Below are positions 35,561 to 48,985 of a DNA stretch of 64,000 nt, piece by piece. Position 1 is the first letter of the stretch. The number at the start of each line of letters is the position of its first letter. This stretch comes from Chiloscyllium plagiosum (lineage: Eukaryota), in contig NC_057731.1 of the NCBI RefSeq assembly GCF_004010195.1, positions 43,480,219 through 43,544,218 of the forward strand, given 5' to 3'. The notes under the pieces were generated by a model. It was not told the DNA's origin and searched no databases. It saw only the letters and a program-made list of their open reading frames with translations. A program made the position numbers and the translations under genes.

Positions 35561-36944
35561 TCTCAATCTCACCCCCACCCCCCACTTTACTCATTTCCTG
35601 CAGCTTCTGTCTTGATCACCAAAACCAGAGAGAGAGTGGCAGAAACTGTGTGTTTGAACTGTGACCCCTAAGAAACTCATACGGTCTCAACACCCGGGGT
35701 CAAAGTTATTCCAAAGTAGGCAATGGTTGGGATTTAGAGTCGATTTGATATTTAGAGTGAGGGGGCCCAGGGAGAATAGTCCCCTCCCCATACCCTTGGC
35801 TTAGCTCTGCCTCATATCCTCTCCATCATTAGGGAGTCCTACATCCAGATTAACATTATTACCCTCCTTATAGCCTACGCCCTAGGTCATTGGCTGCTAA
35901 ACCTCTCGCTTGTGTCTTTCTTGCCTCCAGAGTCATAGAGATGTACAGCACTGAAATAGACCCTTCGGTCCAACTCGCCCATGCAAACCAGATATCCCAA
36001 ATTAATCTAGTCCCAGTCCAATCATATGTCCTGACTACTCTCTCCCTCTCTCTCTTTAAACTTCAACATCCCCCAAATTGTCCAAAACCAAACCAAAATC
36101 CATCTTAAACTTGCACTAAGTCCTATTCTGCTACCATCCCCAATGCTTACTGACCAACTCTAGCTCCCCGTCTGGCAATGTCCTGATCTTAAAATTCTCA
36201 TCCTTATTTCACGTGATGCAGTTGACTGCCCACAGATCTTGTCACCTCTAGCAAGGAATTTCACTAGACTGTCCAGCTAGTATATGAGTTTGGGCAGTGT
36301 ATTACTCATGGGATCTGGTTATCACTGCCTGAGTCAGTATTGCCCATCCCTAGTCGCCCCCTTGAGAAGACAGTGATGACTGCCTTTTCCCAACACTGTA
36401 AGCCCACAATGCTGTTGGCGAGGGAGTTCCCAGATTTTGACCCAGTGACAGTGAAGGAACAGTGATATATTTCCATGGTGTCAGCATGATGAGTGGCTTG
36501 GAGCAGAACTTAAAGGTGGTGGCGTTCCCAAGCATGTGCTGCCCATGTTGTTCTAGATGGTCATTGTCATGAATTTGAAATGTGGTATCTAAGGAGCCTT
36601 GGGGAACTTCTGCAGTGCATCTCGTGGATGGTACACTTTGTTGATCATGTGATGGAGGTGGTGAATGTTTGTGAATGAGGTGCCAAGCAAGTACTTCTGA
36701 AGAAGTACCGTGCCAGACTTGAAATGCTAACTCTATTTCTCTCCACAGATGATGCCAGACCTGCTGGGTTTCTGCAACATTCTCTATGTTTAGAGTCATA
36801 GAGTTGTACAACGCAGAAACAGACCCTTTGGTCCAACTTGTCCATACTGATGAGGTATCCTAAACTAATCTAGTCCCATTTGCTAGCATTTGGCCCTTAT
36901 CCCTCGAAACCCTTCCTTTTCATATACCAATCAAACATTCTGGC

Positions 36945-37445
36945 TATTGAGGAAGTGCAGCGTAGGTTCACGAGGTCAATTCCTGGAATGGCGGGTCTAT
37001 CTTAGAAAGATTAGAGCGAGTGGGCTTGTATACCCTTGAGTTTAGAAGACTGAGAGGGGATCTGATTGAGACATATAAGATTATTAAAGGATTGGACACT
37101 CTGGAGGCAGGAAACATGTTTCCGCTGATGGGTGACTTCCAAACCAGAGGACACAGCTTAAAAATAATGGGGTAGGCCATTTAGGACAGAGATGAGGAGA
37201 AACTTCTTCACCCAGAGAGTGGTGGGTGTGTGGAATGCTCTGCCCCAGAAGGCAGTGGAGACCCAGTCTCTGGATTCGTTTAAGAAAGAGTTGGATAGAG
37301 CTCTCAAGGATAGTGGAATCAAGGGTAATGGAGATAAGGCAGGAACAGGACACTGATTGAGGAGGATCAGCCATGATCATAATGAATGGTGGTGCAGGCT
37401 CGAAGGGCAGAATGGCCTACTCCTGCACCTATTGTCTATTGTCTA
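36945..37445 (+). mobile_element. CR1 3' fragment nested in an older antisense CR1
   Basis: RRLRGDLIETYKIIKG; ends in TATTGTC repeats. Confidence 0.85.
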
Positions 37446-39323
37446 ATCCAGATGCCTTTTAAATGTTGTAATTGTACTAGCGTCCATCACTTCCTTTAGC
37501 AGCTCATTCCATACACGTTCCAACCTCTGCGTGAAAATGTTGCCCTCAGGTCCCTTTTAAATCTTTCCCCCTCTCACCTTAAACCTATGCCCTCCAGTTT
37601 TGAACTCCCCAACTGCAGGGAAAAGATCTTGTCTATTTACCCTATCCATACTCCTCATCATTTTATAAACCTCTATAAGGTCACCCCTCAGTTTCGGATG
37701 CCCCAGCCTATTAAGCCTCTCCCTTTAGATCAAACCCTCCAACCCTGGCAATATCCTTGTAAAGCTTTCAAGTTTCACAACATCCTTCCAATAAGAGGGA
37801 GGCCAGAATTGCACACAATATTCCAACAGTGGCCTAACCAATGTCCAGTACAGCCACAACTGATCTCATAACTCCTATACAAAATGCTCTGACCAATAAA
37901 GGAAAGCATACTAAATGCCTTCCTCACTATCCCATCTACCTGCGATTCTACTTTCAAGGAACTATGAACCTGCAGCATTCCAAGGTCTCTTTGTTCAGCA
38001 ACACTCCCCAGGACCTTACCATTAAGTGTATAAGTCCTGCCCTGGTGTGCCTTTCCAAAATGAGGCACCTCAAATTTATCTAAATTGAACTCCATCTGCC
38101 ACTCCTCGGCCCATTGACTCATCTGATCCCATAGAAATTTGACATAACCTTCTTCACTGCCCCCTACACCTCCAATTTTGGTATATTCTGCAAACTTACA
38201 AAATATACCTCCTATGTTCACATCCAAATCATTTATATAAATGAAAAAACACCTGTGACCAGTGGCGTGTCACCGATTCTTGTGACACACCACTGGTCAC
38301 AGGCCTCCAGTCTGAAAAGCAACCCTCCACCACTACCCTCTGTCTTCTACCTTCGAATCAGTTCTGTATCCAAATGGCTTTGTCTCCGTGTATTCCATGT
38401 GATCTAATCTTGCTAGCCAGTCTCCCATGGAGGACCTTGTCAAATGCCTTACTAAAGTCCATTTGGATCATGTTCACTGCTCTGCCTTCATTAATCCTCT
38501 TCATTACTTCTTTAAAAAACTCAGTCGAGTTAGTGAGACATGTTTCCCACACATAAAGTCATGTTGACTATCCCTAATCAGTCCTTGCCTATCCAAATAC
38601 ATGTAAATCCTGTCCCTCAGGATTCCCTCCAACAACTTGCCTATTTCCACACTGTAAATAATCTAATCTAAAAAAAAACTTGCCCACCACCAAAGTCAGG
38701 CTTACCAGTCTACAGTTCCCTGGCTTTTTCTTACCATCTTTCATAAATAGTGGCACCACATTAGCCAAACTCTGGTCTTCCGGCACCTCACCTGTGACTA
38801 TAGATGATACCAATATCTCAGCAAGGGGCCCAGCAATCAGTTCCTGAGCTTCCCACAGAGTTCTAGGGGACACCTGATCAGGTGCTGGGAATTTATCCAC
38901 TTTTATGCATTTTAAGACATCCAGAACCACCTCCTCTGTAATTTGGACAATTTTCAAGATGTCACCATCTATTTCCCCACATTCTATATCTTCCACACCC
39001 TTCTCCACAGTAAACACTGATGCAAAATACTCATTTAATATCTCCTCCACCTTCTGTAGTTCCCCACCTTCTGTAGGCTGCCTTGCTGATCTTAGACAGG
39101 TCCTATTCTCTCCATAGTTACCATTTTGTCCTTAATGTATTTATAAAATCCCTTTGGATTCTCCTTAACCTCATTTGCCAAAGCCATCTCATATCCTTTT
39201 TTTGCCCTCCTGATTTCCCTCTTAAGTATACTACTACTGCCTTTATACTCTTCTGAGGATTCACTGGATCTCTGCTGTCTATACCTACATATGCTTTTTC
39301 AGAACAAAAACGTCAATTTCTCT

Positions 39324-39452
39324 GTTAAAAATCACACAACACCAGGTTATAGTCCAACAGGTTTAATTGGAAGCACACTGTTGACTATAACCTGGTGTTG
39401 TGTGATTTTTAACTTTGTACACCCCAGTCCAACACCGGCACCTCCGAATCAT
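39324..39452 (+). mobile_element. Hairpin-forming Penelope-derived short element
   Basis: 12-bp TSD GTCAATTTCTCT (39312-39323, 39453-39464); ~30-bp inverted arms; same family as 33220-33415. Confidence 0.85.
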
Positions 39453-39962
39453 GTCAATTTCTCTAGTCATGTAGCATGCCCTACACCTACTGGCCTTGCC
39501 TTTCACCCTAACAGGAACATTCAGTCTCTGGACTCTCGTTATCTCATTTTTGAAGGCTTCTCATCTTCCAGCTGTCCCTTTACCTGCGAACATCTGCCCC
39601 CAGTCAACTTTTCAAAGTTCTTGCCGAATACCATCAAAATTGGCCTTGCTCCAAATTACAACTTTATCTTTTATGTCCGGTCTATCCTTTCCCATCACTA
39701 TTTTAAAACTGATAGAATTATGGTCGCTGGCCCCAAAGTGCTCTCCCACTAACACCTCAGTCACCTGCCCTGCCTTATTTCCCAAGAGTAGGTCAAGTTT
39801 CGCACCTTCTCTAGTAGGATCATCCACATACTGAATCAGAAAGTTTTCTTGTACACACTTAACAAATTCCTCTCCATCTAAACCTTTAAGACTACGGCAG
39901 TCCCAGTCCATGTTCGAAAAGTTAAAATCCCCTACCATTACCACCCTATTATTCTTCCATTC

Positions 39963-39990
39963 CTGAAGATGGGCTTTTGCCCGAAACGTC
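39963..39990 (+). ncRNA. Minimal type I hammerhead ribozyme motif in a short Penelope-tail insertion (~39955-40085)
   Basis: CTGAAGA-T-GGGC-TTTT-GCCC-GAAA-C-GTC; core intact but stem I weak. Confidence 0.7.
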
Positions 39991-40899
39991 GATTCTCCTG
40001 CTCCTTGGATGCTGCCTGACCTGCTGCGCTTTTCCAGCAACACATTTTCAGCTCTGATCTCCAGCATCTGCAGTCCTCACTTTCTACCCTATTACTTTTA
40101 CAGGTAACTGTGATCTCCTTACAAATTTATTTCTCAATTTCCCGCTGACTATTGGTGGCGGAGGTGGGGGGAGGGGTGTCTATAGTACAATCCCAATTAG
40201 GTGATCATCCCTTTCTTATTTCTCAGTTCCACCCAAATTACTTCCCAGGAATAATCTCCCTAAGAACAGCCACAATGTTATCCCTTATCTAAAATGCCGT
40301 TCCCCCTTCTCTCTTGCACACCTTTCTGTCCTTCCTACAGCATTTGTATCCTTTGTTTATGACTCTTAACTATCCTTTGATATTAGCCAAGCAAGCTATT
40401 CAATTAGTGGGAACAAATGGTTGCTCATAGCCATTAAAAAAATAAAGTGTGCTGTTGCAAATGACTCAAATGCAAACAATGGGAAAAATGTCATCATTCT
40501 GTGTTGTAACCATTCCATCTGGTGAGATCATGGCTGCTCTGTGACTGACTCTGAACCTTGTCTTTGCCCCCCTTTCCTTGAGTATCTTTTGTTAATAAAG
40601 ATCCATCAACCTCAGACTGAAAATAACCAATTGTTCTAACAATCAGTTTGGATTTTGGGAGGAGGGTTTCAAACTGCTCCCATGCTTGTGTGTAGAAGTG
40701 TTTCCAAGTTGCGCTCCTGAATTGTCTCACTCTGATTTCTATACTCTGCCTCATGGTCCTAGACTCCGAGATCAGCAGAAATCACCTCACTGTATTGGCC
40801 TATCTGTTCCCATAGTATGCTGAAAACTACATTCCAGGGAGTACACCCCAGATACTGTAACCTCCCATTGTAATTTAAATCTCAGATTTCAAATCATTA

Positions 40900-42090
40900 T
40901 GGGATCAAGGGTTGTGAGGATAAGGCTGTTTACAATACATGTGAATGACTTGGAGGAAGGAAGTGAATGTACTGTATCCAAATTTGCAGACAAAACATAA
41001 ATAGGTGGGAAGTGCACATTGCAAGAGGAATACAAAAATAATATAGAGAGATATTGATATATTAAGCAAGTGAGCAAAACGTTGGCAAATGGAGTAAAAT
41101 GTGGGAAAATGTGAAATTGTTCATTTTGGAAGGGAGAACAAAAGAACAGAATATTACTGAAATGGAGAAAAGCCCCAGAAAGCTGCAACACAAAAGGACC
41201 TTGTGGGTTCTTGTGCATGAAACAGAGAAAGATAGCACATTGGTGCTGCAGGTAATCAGGAAGGCTAATGCAATGTTGGCTCTTATTTCGAGGGGCTTGG
41301 AATATAAGAGTAGGCAAGTCTTACTGCAACTGTACAAGGTACAGGTGAGACCACATCTGGAGAACTAGTTTTGGTCCCTCTCTTTACAGAAAGATATATT
41401 TTCACTGGAGGCAATTCAGAGATGGTTCACTAGGATGATCCCTAGTATAGAGAATCTGTCTTATGAGCAAAGGCTGAACAGGTTGGGAATCTGCTAACTG
41501 GAGTTTAGAAGAAAGAGAGGTGATCCCATTGAAATATATAGGATCTTAAGGATCTTGACAAAGTAAGTGCTGAGAGAATGTTCCCCCTTAAGCGAGAGAT
41601 TAAAATCAGAGGGCATGGTCTCTGAATAAAGGGGTGCAAATTTAAGACAATAAGACATAGGAGTGGAAGCAAACCCATTCGGCCCATCGAGTGCACTCCG
41701 CCATTTAATCATGGCTGATGGGCGTTTCAACTCCACTTACCCGCACTCTCTCCAGAGCCCTCAATTCCTTGCGAGATCAAGAATTTATCAATCTCAGCTT
41801 TGAAGACACCCAACGTCCTGGCCTCCACTGCGCTCCGCGACAATGAATTCCACAGGCCAACCACTCTCTGGCGGAAGAAATGTCTCATTTCCATCCTAAA
41901 TTGACCCCCTCTAATTTTAAGGCTGTGCTCATGGGTCCTAGACTCCCTGCCTAACAAAAAAAACTTCCCAGCATCCATCCTTTCTATGTTAAGACTGAAA
42001 TATGGAGGAATTTCTTCTCAGAGGGTTGTGAGTCTTGGAAACTCCTTGCCATAGACAACGGTGGGGGCAGAATCTTTGGCATATTTAACT
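40900..42090 (+). mobile_element. Decayed CR1 ORF2 with a nested antisense CR1 3' end (~41649-41988)
   Basis: KANAMLALISRGLEYKS...LYKVQVRPHLE; TTAAGAC duplicated at 41642-41648 and 41989-41995. Confidence 0.85.
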
Positions 42091-42796
42091 TGAAGAATGT
42101 GGTGCTGGAAAAGCACAGCCAGTCAGACAGCATCCGAGGAGCATAAGCTCTTTGTCGATCCTCCTGCTCCTCTGATGCTGCCTGACCTGCTGTGCTTCGA
42201 CTCTGATCTCCAGCATCTGCAGTCCTCACTTTCACCTGGAAAGAACAGACAATCCCACTGGAGTTGGGGGGAGGGGAGAGACAACATGGTGACAGAGAAT
42301 GTAACAAGCACAGCTAAAAGAAAGGGAAGGAATGGGAGTGGGTTCACAATCTGAAGGTATTGAACTCAGTATTACATTTAGAAGATTGTAAGATGCCTAG
42401 TCTGAAGATGAGGTGTTGTTCCTGCACTTTGTGCTGTGATTTGCCGAGGACTCAAACCTCTTCACCCCCAACAGCCCCAATCCTCCACAAATCTCACACA
42501 CTATAACCTGGTGTCATTTGATTTTTGACCATCTTAAAATGGAGTTGAGGATTTTCAGATCAGCCATGATCTCATTGAGTGCCAGAGTAGATCCATTGGA
42601 CCAAACAGCCTCCTTCTGCTCCTAGGTCTATGGTCTAGTGGTCAAAGTATCACTCTGGAAAATCTGACACTGCGCTCCCTCCAAGATCAACCTCTCCTTC
42701 CTAACATGCAGTGTCCAGAACTGCTCACAGCAACTTCAGGAGCAGCTGTATCAAACTTTGACTCACTGAAGTATAACTTATACCCCATTGAGCATC

Positions 42797-43535
42797 AGTG
42801 GGACCCTGTTCTAGTGAGAGTTTGTGTGTATGGGACCCTATCCCAGTGAGAGTCAGTGTGTGTGTGGGATGCTGTCCCAGTGAGGGTCAGTGTGTGTGGG
42901 ATCCATACCCCAGTGAGGGTCAGTGTGTGTGGGACCCATACCCCAGTGAGAATCAGTGTGAGTGGGACCCTGTCCCAGTGAGAGTCAGTGTGAGTGGGAC
43001 CCTGTCGCAGTGAGAGTCAGTGTATGGCACCCATACCCCAGTGAGAGTCAGTGTGTGTGTGTGTGGGACCCATACCCCAGTGAGAGTCAGTGTGAGTGGG
43101 ACCCTGTCCCAGTGAGAGTCAGTGTGTGTGTGGGACCCTGTCCCAGTGAGAGTCAGTGTGTGTGTGTGTGGGACCCTGTCCCAGTGAGAGTCAGTGTGAG
43201 TGGGACCCTGTCCCAGTGAGAGTTAGTGTCTGTGTCGGACCCTGTCCCAGTGAGAGTCAGTGTGTATGTGTGGAACCCTGTCCCAGTGAGAGTCAGTGTG
43301 TGGCACCCATACCCCAGTGAGAGTCAGTGTGTGTGTGTGTGTGGGATCCTGTCCCAATGAGAGTCAGTGTGTGTGGAACCCTGTCCCAGTGACAGTCAGT
43401 GTGTGGCACCCATACCCCAGAGAGAGTCAGTGTGAGCGGATCCCTGTCCCAGTGACAGTCAGTGTATGTGGGACCCATACCCCAGTGAGGGTCAGTGTGT
43501 GTGGGACTTGTACCCCAATCAGAGTCAGTCTGTGT
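42797..43535. repeat. ~28-34-bp minisatellite GGGACCCTGTCCCAGTGAGAGTCA(GT)n
   Basis: About 24 copies with a variable GT tract. Confidence 0.95.
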
Positions 43536-45192
43536 GAGATGAGCAAGAAATGTTTAGTAAAAGTGAGCCAGGCATCAATAGGTTAATGTTCTCAGTGGGA
43601 GTGTCTTGTGACATTTTGTCCATGAATCTGCAATGTGACAATATTTCCTGGACTGAAATGTTCACTAAAAGTTTCCATAGCCCGTCAACATTTTCCCAGC
43701 TCCTGTTTGCTATTTGACTGTCCACTGATATTTGCTGTTGACTGACCAAAGGGCAGGTTTCAATACCTTCCGGCACCTTCCCCCAGCCTCCAAAGTGATG
43801 TGGTTGATTCCTTTTTCCGGTCTGTCACAAACATTACAAAACCTGATGCGTGAGAACAGGAGGAGGTCTGCTCTTCCGTTAAACTAGGCCGTATCGGATC
43901 TATATCTTAATCTTAACTTCATTTACCCACCTTGGTCTCATTGATCCATTTTGCTGAACAACGATCTCCCGAGCACAGTTTTGATATTTTCAATTACACA
44001 TCCAAAAGCTTCAACTGCTTTACAGGAGAGAATTCCAGATTTCCACGGGGTGTGAGGAAGTGCTTTCTGACATCACCCCTGAGTTTCTTCCCTTGAAAGG
44101 AAACATTTTCCTCATTCAATGCTATCAACTCTTTAAATCACTTTAAACATCTCACATTTTTCAACCCAAACGATTCTAAACGCTAAGGTGTATAAACTTT
44201 GTCTCATAATTTAGCCTTTACAGCCCGAGGGTCATTCTGCCAAATCTACAATGCTCCTCTTTAATCAACTAAGCAACAATACAGAATTAACCTATAAACC
44301 ATGTGGGTGTACAGTGGCTCGGTGTTTAGCACTGCTGTCTCACAGCTCCAGGGACCTGGGTTTGATTCCACCTCAGGTGACTGTGTAGAGTTTGCACTTT
44401 CTCCTCATTGCTGCTGGGTGCTCCAGTTTGCTCCCACAGTTCAAAATAGGTGGATGAGCTTTGGGAAATGCAGGGTTATAAGGATAGAGTAGGGAAGTGG
44501 GTGTATTGGGATGCTCTTCAGAGGGAGGGTGTGGACTCGATGGGCCGAATGGCATTTATCATTCTATGATATTCCCCCCAACCATGGTGCAAACAATTCA
44601 TACCCAAAGAGGGTGAGATGTCACAGGTCTGCAGAGCAATCATGAGTGGGGGAAATGGGGAAGAACCTTGTTGATCATGTTCAAACTAAAAGTTTGAAAT
44701 GAGGTGACTTCCTCACAGTTCCATTGGTTTCTTGTCAGTGAGATTACCTGGCATCAGCCACACAACAATGGAAAGCCCACCATTTGGGTAGCAGGTCAAC
44801 TAGACCTAGGTCTGATGGTAAGGTTAACAGTTCAGCTTTCAGAGTTTATGAGGAGATCTAACATATTGACACCTGGAAATTTCTGTGATTCACAGAGACA
44901 CTTCACTGAGATATTCTACTGGTTTTATTTAACAGTTATATTGTTACTTATTTAAAAGAGAAAGGGGTGTTGTCTTCCTTCTTACTAGCTTATTCAAACT
45001 GCCCACAGTTTTAACACATCATATCAGTCCAAAGGCTGTTGCTAGAGCCCCTCCACAGTTTTGTTTGTCTGGATGTAGGTTAGCTCGCTGAGCTGGAAGG
45101 TTCATTTTCAGATGGTTCGTCACCCTACCAGGTTATATCTTCAGTGAGTCTCCGGACGAAGCTAAAGGTAAAGCTAAAGCTGACGAGGCTCA

Positions 45193-45226
45193 CTGAAGAT
45201 GTTACCTAGTAGGGTGACGAAACGTC
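45193..45226 (+). ncRNA. Minimal hammerhead ribozyme motif, copy 1
   Basis: CTGAAGA-T-GTTACC...GGTGAC-GAAA-C-GTC; 3-bp stem I TCA/TGG. Confidence 0.72.
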
Positions 45227-45764
45227 TGGAAATGAACCTTCCAGTTCAGTGAGCAAACCTACATCCAATAAAGTACTTTCAATGTAGCAACTGGACTGTA
45301 ACAAGACAATCAGCTTTGTCGTAATATTAGTTGAGAGATAATATCGGGGAGGACGTTTGTGAGAGTTCTTTAAATAGTGCTTTGGAATCATTTGCAGCCA
45401 CCCTGAAAGAGCAGACAGGTCTCAGGTTAATATCCCACCCAAGAGACAGCACATCTGATAGAGCAGCACTCCCACAATGCTGCCACAAGTTAGATTCTCT
45501 TGCTCACGTGTATGGGACAGAACAAGAATCCACAATTGCCTCACTCAAAGGTGAGAATGATACCCATAGAGCCATAACTGCTATGCTCTCCATAGACCCA
45601 AAATCATGAGGACAATGTCATCGAGTCCTAGAGATGTACAGCATGGACACAGATCCTTCAGTCCAACTTGTCCATGCTGACCTGATATCCTAAATTAATC
45701 TAGTTCCTTTTGCCTGTGAGTCTCCGGACGAAGCTAAAGGTAAAGCTAAAGCTGACGAGGCTCA

Positions 45765-45798
45765 CTGAAGATGTTACCTAGTAGGGTGACGAAACGTC
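45765..45798 (+). ncRNA. Minimal hammerhead ribozyme motif, copy 2
   Basis: Identical to 45193-45226, 572 nt downstream. Confidence 0.72.
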
Positions 45799-46994
45799 TG
45801 GAAATGAACCTTCCAGTTCAGTGAGCAAACCTACATCCAGAACATCAACCTGAGCTACAAATCTTCTCAAAACTCATTTTGTTTGTCTAGCAATAAGTTC
45901 ATAAAACAATTTGTTTTTTGTTACAAAAAACCTTTCCCCCAAACTTGGCTTTTTATAAATAGCAAATATTCCCTGTTCTTCTGAACCTTTGACATTTGCA
46001 TTCCAAAAAGTCAAACAGTAAATCTTTTGCAACCCAGGAATAGTACAAATCTTCTATTTTCTAATTCTGTTAATCTATAATTATACATATTACATATTAT
46101 ATGTGTGTTCCCAACAAGGCAGATCCAATTTAGTTATCATAGAACAACCCTCTCACACCAGGGACCAATCTAATGCACCTTCACTTCACCGTATCCAACT
46201 TACCTGTGAGTAAATCACATTTAAAACAAGATTATGGGGCATCAGTAGGAATTGGTCCCTGGACCTGATCAGTTGGAGTGGGGACTGCTCCCTCCACAAT
46301 AGCCAGTTCACTCCCAGTGAAGATTCAGATCTCCTGGCTTGCTGGGGAAAGTAGGATTAGAGATGGCTATTGAGGTGAGGGCGTCTGGACCAGGGATATG
46401 GGGCCAGAGGAGGGCCGTAGCACTCCATTTGGAACTGCATGAACAGTTTAACTGCTGGCTACATTTATATAGCACCTTAAACATTCTCACAGTGCTGCCC
46501 AGGAACAATAATAAAACAATACATGATACTGAGTCTCATGAGGAGATAGTAGATCAGGTGACTGAAGATTTTGTCAAAGAGGTGGGGGTTGGGGTTTAAA
46601 GAATAGTTCTGAAGGAGGGCAGTGAGGTAGAGAGTCAGGGAGAAACAAACACACAGAATATCTGAGAAATGCAGCAAGTGTGGCACCATCTGTGGAACAG
46701 AGTTAACATTTTGAGTCAAGTATGTATTCTCATCTAAAGGATTAAGACGGAAATCCTGTTTGAGAGAAGAGCGAAACGTCTTCAAGATGGATGTACCTGG
46801 ATTAAACACATAAATCAAAGTTAGATCATGTGGATGCTGGAAATCTGATGGTTATGATACTATGGGATCTGGATAGGTTTACATAGGGGACAGCAGAGTT
46901 ATAGTTGTTCTTAGATTTGCAGTGGGGATGATGTGTGAGGTCAGTCATTTATATAGTGAATTACCTCCTCTATTCACTGCCTTCAATGAATTAA

Positions 46995-48690
46995 GTTAAA
47001 AACCACACGACACCAGGTTATAGTCCAACAGGTTTATTTGAAACCACAAGCTTTCGGAGGACTGCTCATGGGACAGGATTATAGGACACAGAATTTATAG
47101 TAAAATATCAAAACTATAGGTTTAGGGTGAGAGGGGAAAGTATAAAAGGGATCTAAGGAGCAAATTTTTCACAGAAAGGGTGGTGCATGTATGGAATGAG
47201 CTGACAGAGGAATTGGTGGAGGCTGGTACAATTGCAGCATTTAAAAAGCATCTGGATAGGTACATGTATAGGTTAGGATATCTGATCAGCATGGGCGAGT
47301 TGGACCGAAGGGTCTCTTTTCGTGCTGTACAACTCTATGACAAAACTGAAAATGCAAATTTTCCCGATTGACTTGTGTGTGTGTGTGTGTGTGAGAGAGA
47401 GAGTATGTGTATGAAAGAGGGTCTGTGTGAGTTTGATTGTGTGGAAGAGTGTGTGTGCATGGGTGCTTGTGTGTGAGTGTATAGTGTTGTGGGTCACCTG
47501 TAGTGTGACATCAACCCAAGGTCCCAGTTGAGGCCATCCTCATGGGTAACAGACTTGGCTATCAACCTCTGCTTGGCCACTCTGTGTTGTTGCGTATGCT
47601 GAAGTTTGCCTTCGAGGATGGTCACCCAAGAATCCGAGGCCGAATGTCCTTGATCGTTTGTGCACACACTCTATCAAGCATACACACACACTCACACACT
47701 CTCTCCCAGACACTCTCTCCCTCTCTCCTACACACTCTCCCTCTCTGCCACTCAGACACACACATTCACACACTCTCTCCCTCTCTCCAAGACACTCTCT
47801 CCCTCTCTCCCACACATACTCTCCCTCTCTCCGACACACACACACAGACACATACTCTCCCTCTCTGCCACTCAGACACGCAAACTCTCTCCCTCTTTCC
47901 CAGACACTCTCTCCCTCTGTCCCACACAGACATACTCTCTCCCTCCCTCTGACACACACTCACACAAGTCTATGGGGTGAATTTGCATTTGCAGATTTGT
48001 ATTTGCAGATACATTAAATTTTGTTCAAAAAGCACATAATCTGCAGGCAGTCAGTCCATGTAATATTTTATAAATTCCTACTTTGTAAATAAAACCAATC
48101 TGACTCAAGGTTGGGATACAGACAGACTTTTTTTTTCTTAACCCCTACACTACTGCCTAAGTGCGGTAGTGCTTATTTTATCCCCAGCACCCATGGTGTG
48201 TGTGTGCAGGTGTGAGACACAGTGAAAGACACAAAGTGCATGAATCTTTATTCAAATTCCACCACCAGGAAGATAGGAAAACACCCGGGTGGCCAGTGAC
48301 AAACACTGCCCTTCACATCAAAGGGCAGTGCTGTGTGATATAAACAGTGAAGGGGAGGGTTGGGACTAAATCAAAATAGAGTTGGAGGGAGAAATGATGC
48401 ACTCCATTCCCTGCGGCGACAGACAGACTTTATACTGATAAAACCTTGTTATCTCAGGAGTGTGACTTGAAAAGAAATCTGGGATTTACGTATTAATCAA
48501 TCAAAACCTGCATCCCCATTCTAAGTGATTAAAGACTTAACAGCAATCTAAGTTTGTTCGATACATTGCATCAGTTGTATGACACTTTGATCTTTTGCAA
48601 AAAAGTCTGTATCCTGTGATCCTGTCCCACTAGCTACCTGATGAAGGAGTGGTGCTCCAAAAACTTGTACTTCCAAATACAGAGCCTTAT
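46995..48690. mobile_element. Rearranged Penelope-like element with nested CR1 tail and Tx1-like insertion
   Basis: Minus-strand ORF end GHSASDSWVTILEG...RLIAK...HEDGLNWDLGLMSHYR*; decayed hammerhead ~48638-48668; related fragment at ~12460-12720. Confidence 0.7.
48131..48418 (-). mobile_element. 5'-truncated Tx1-like LINE 3' end with poly(A)
   Basis: TSD ACAGACAGACTTT (48118-48130, 48419-48431); poly-T on +; ORF end PQGMECIISPSNSILI*. Confidence 0.8.
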
Positions 48691-48779
48691 AACTTTGTCA
48701 GCACCAATAGGACATTGTTCAAAATGGCTGTCCATCAGTTTGAATTATCCCTTCACAGTATCACACAGAATTTACCCGT

Positions 48780-48985
48780 TGCAATGAGTGATCCTGTCAC
48801 AGTGTGAGTGATCCTATGGCAGTGGGAGTGATCCCATCGCAATGTGAGTGATCCTATCGCAGTGTGAGTGATCCTGTCCACAGTGTGAGTGATCCTGTCC
48901 CAGTGAGAGGTCCAGCCGTAGTGTGAGTGATCCTATCGCAGTGTGAGCGATCCTGTCCCAGTGAGAGTGATCCTTGTCCCAGTGA
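48780..48985. repeat. ~21-bp minisatellite GTGAGTGATCCTRTCSCAGT
   Basis: About 10 copies. Confidence 0.9.

Larger units (their letters stand above)
37446..40350 (-). mobile_element. Long decayed CR1 ORF2 (endonuclease + RT) with nested short elements
   Basis: VVMVGDFNF, LDLLLGN and SDHNSI (APE); NEYFASVFT and DFSKAFDKV (RT); frameshifted. Confidence 0.93.
45071..45876 (+). mobile_element. Composite Penelope pLTR element: inverted pLTR, two 124-bp direct copies and a captured internal segment
   Basis: 12-bp TSD TTTTGTTTGTCT (45059-45070, 45877-45888); 45144-45267 identical to 45716-45839. Confidence 0.85.
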
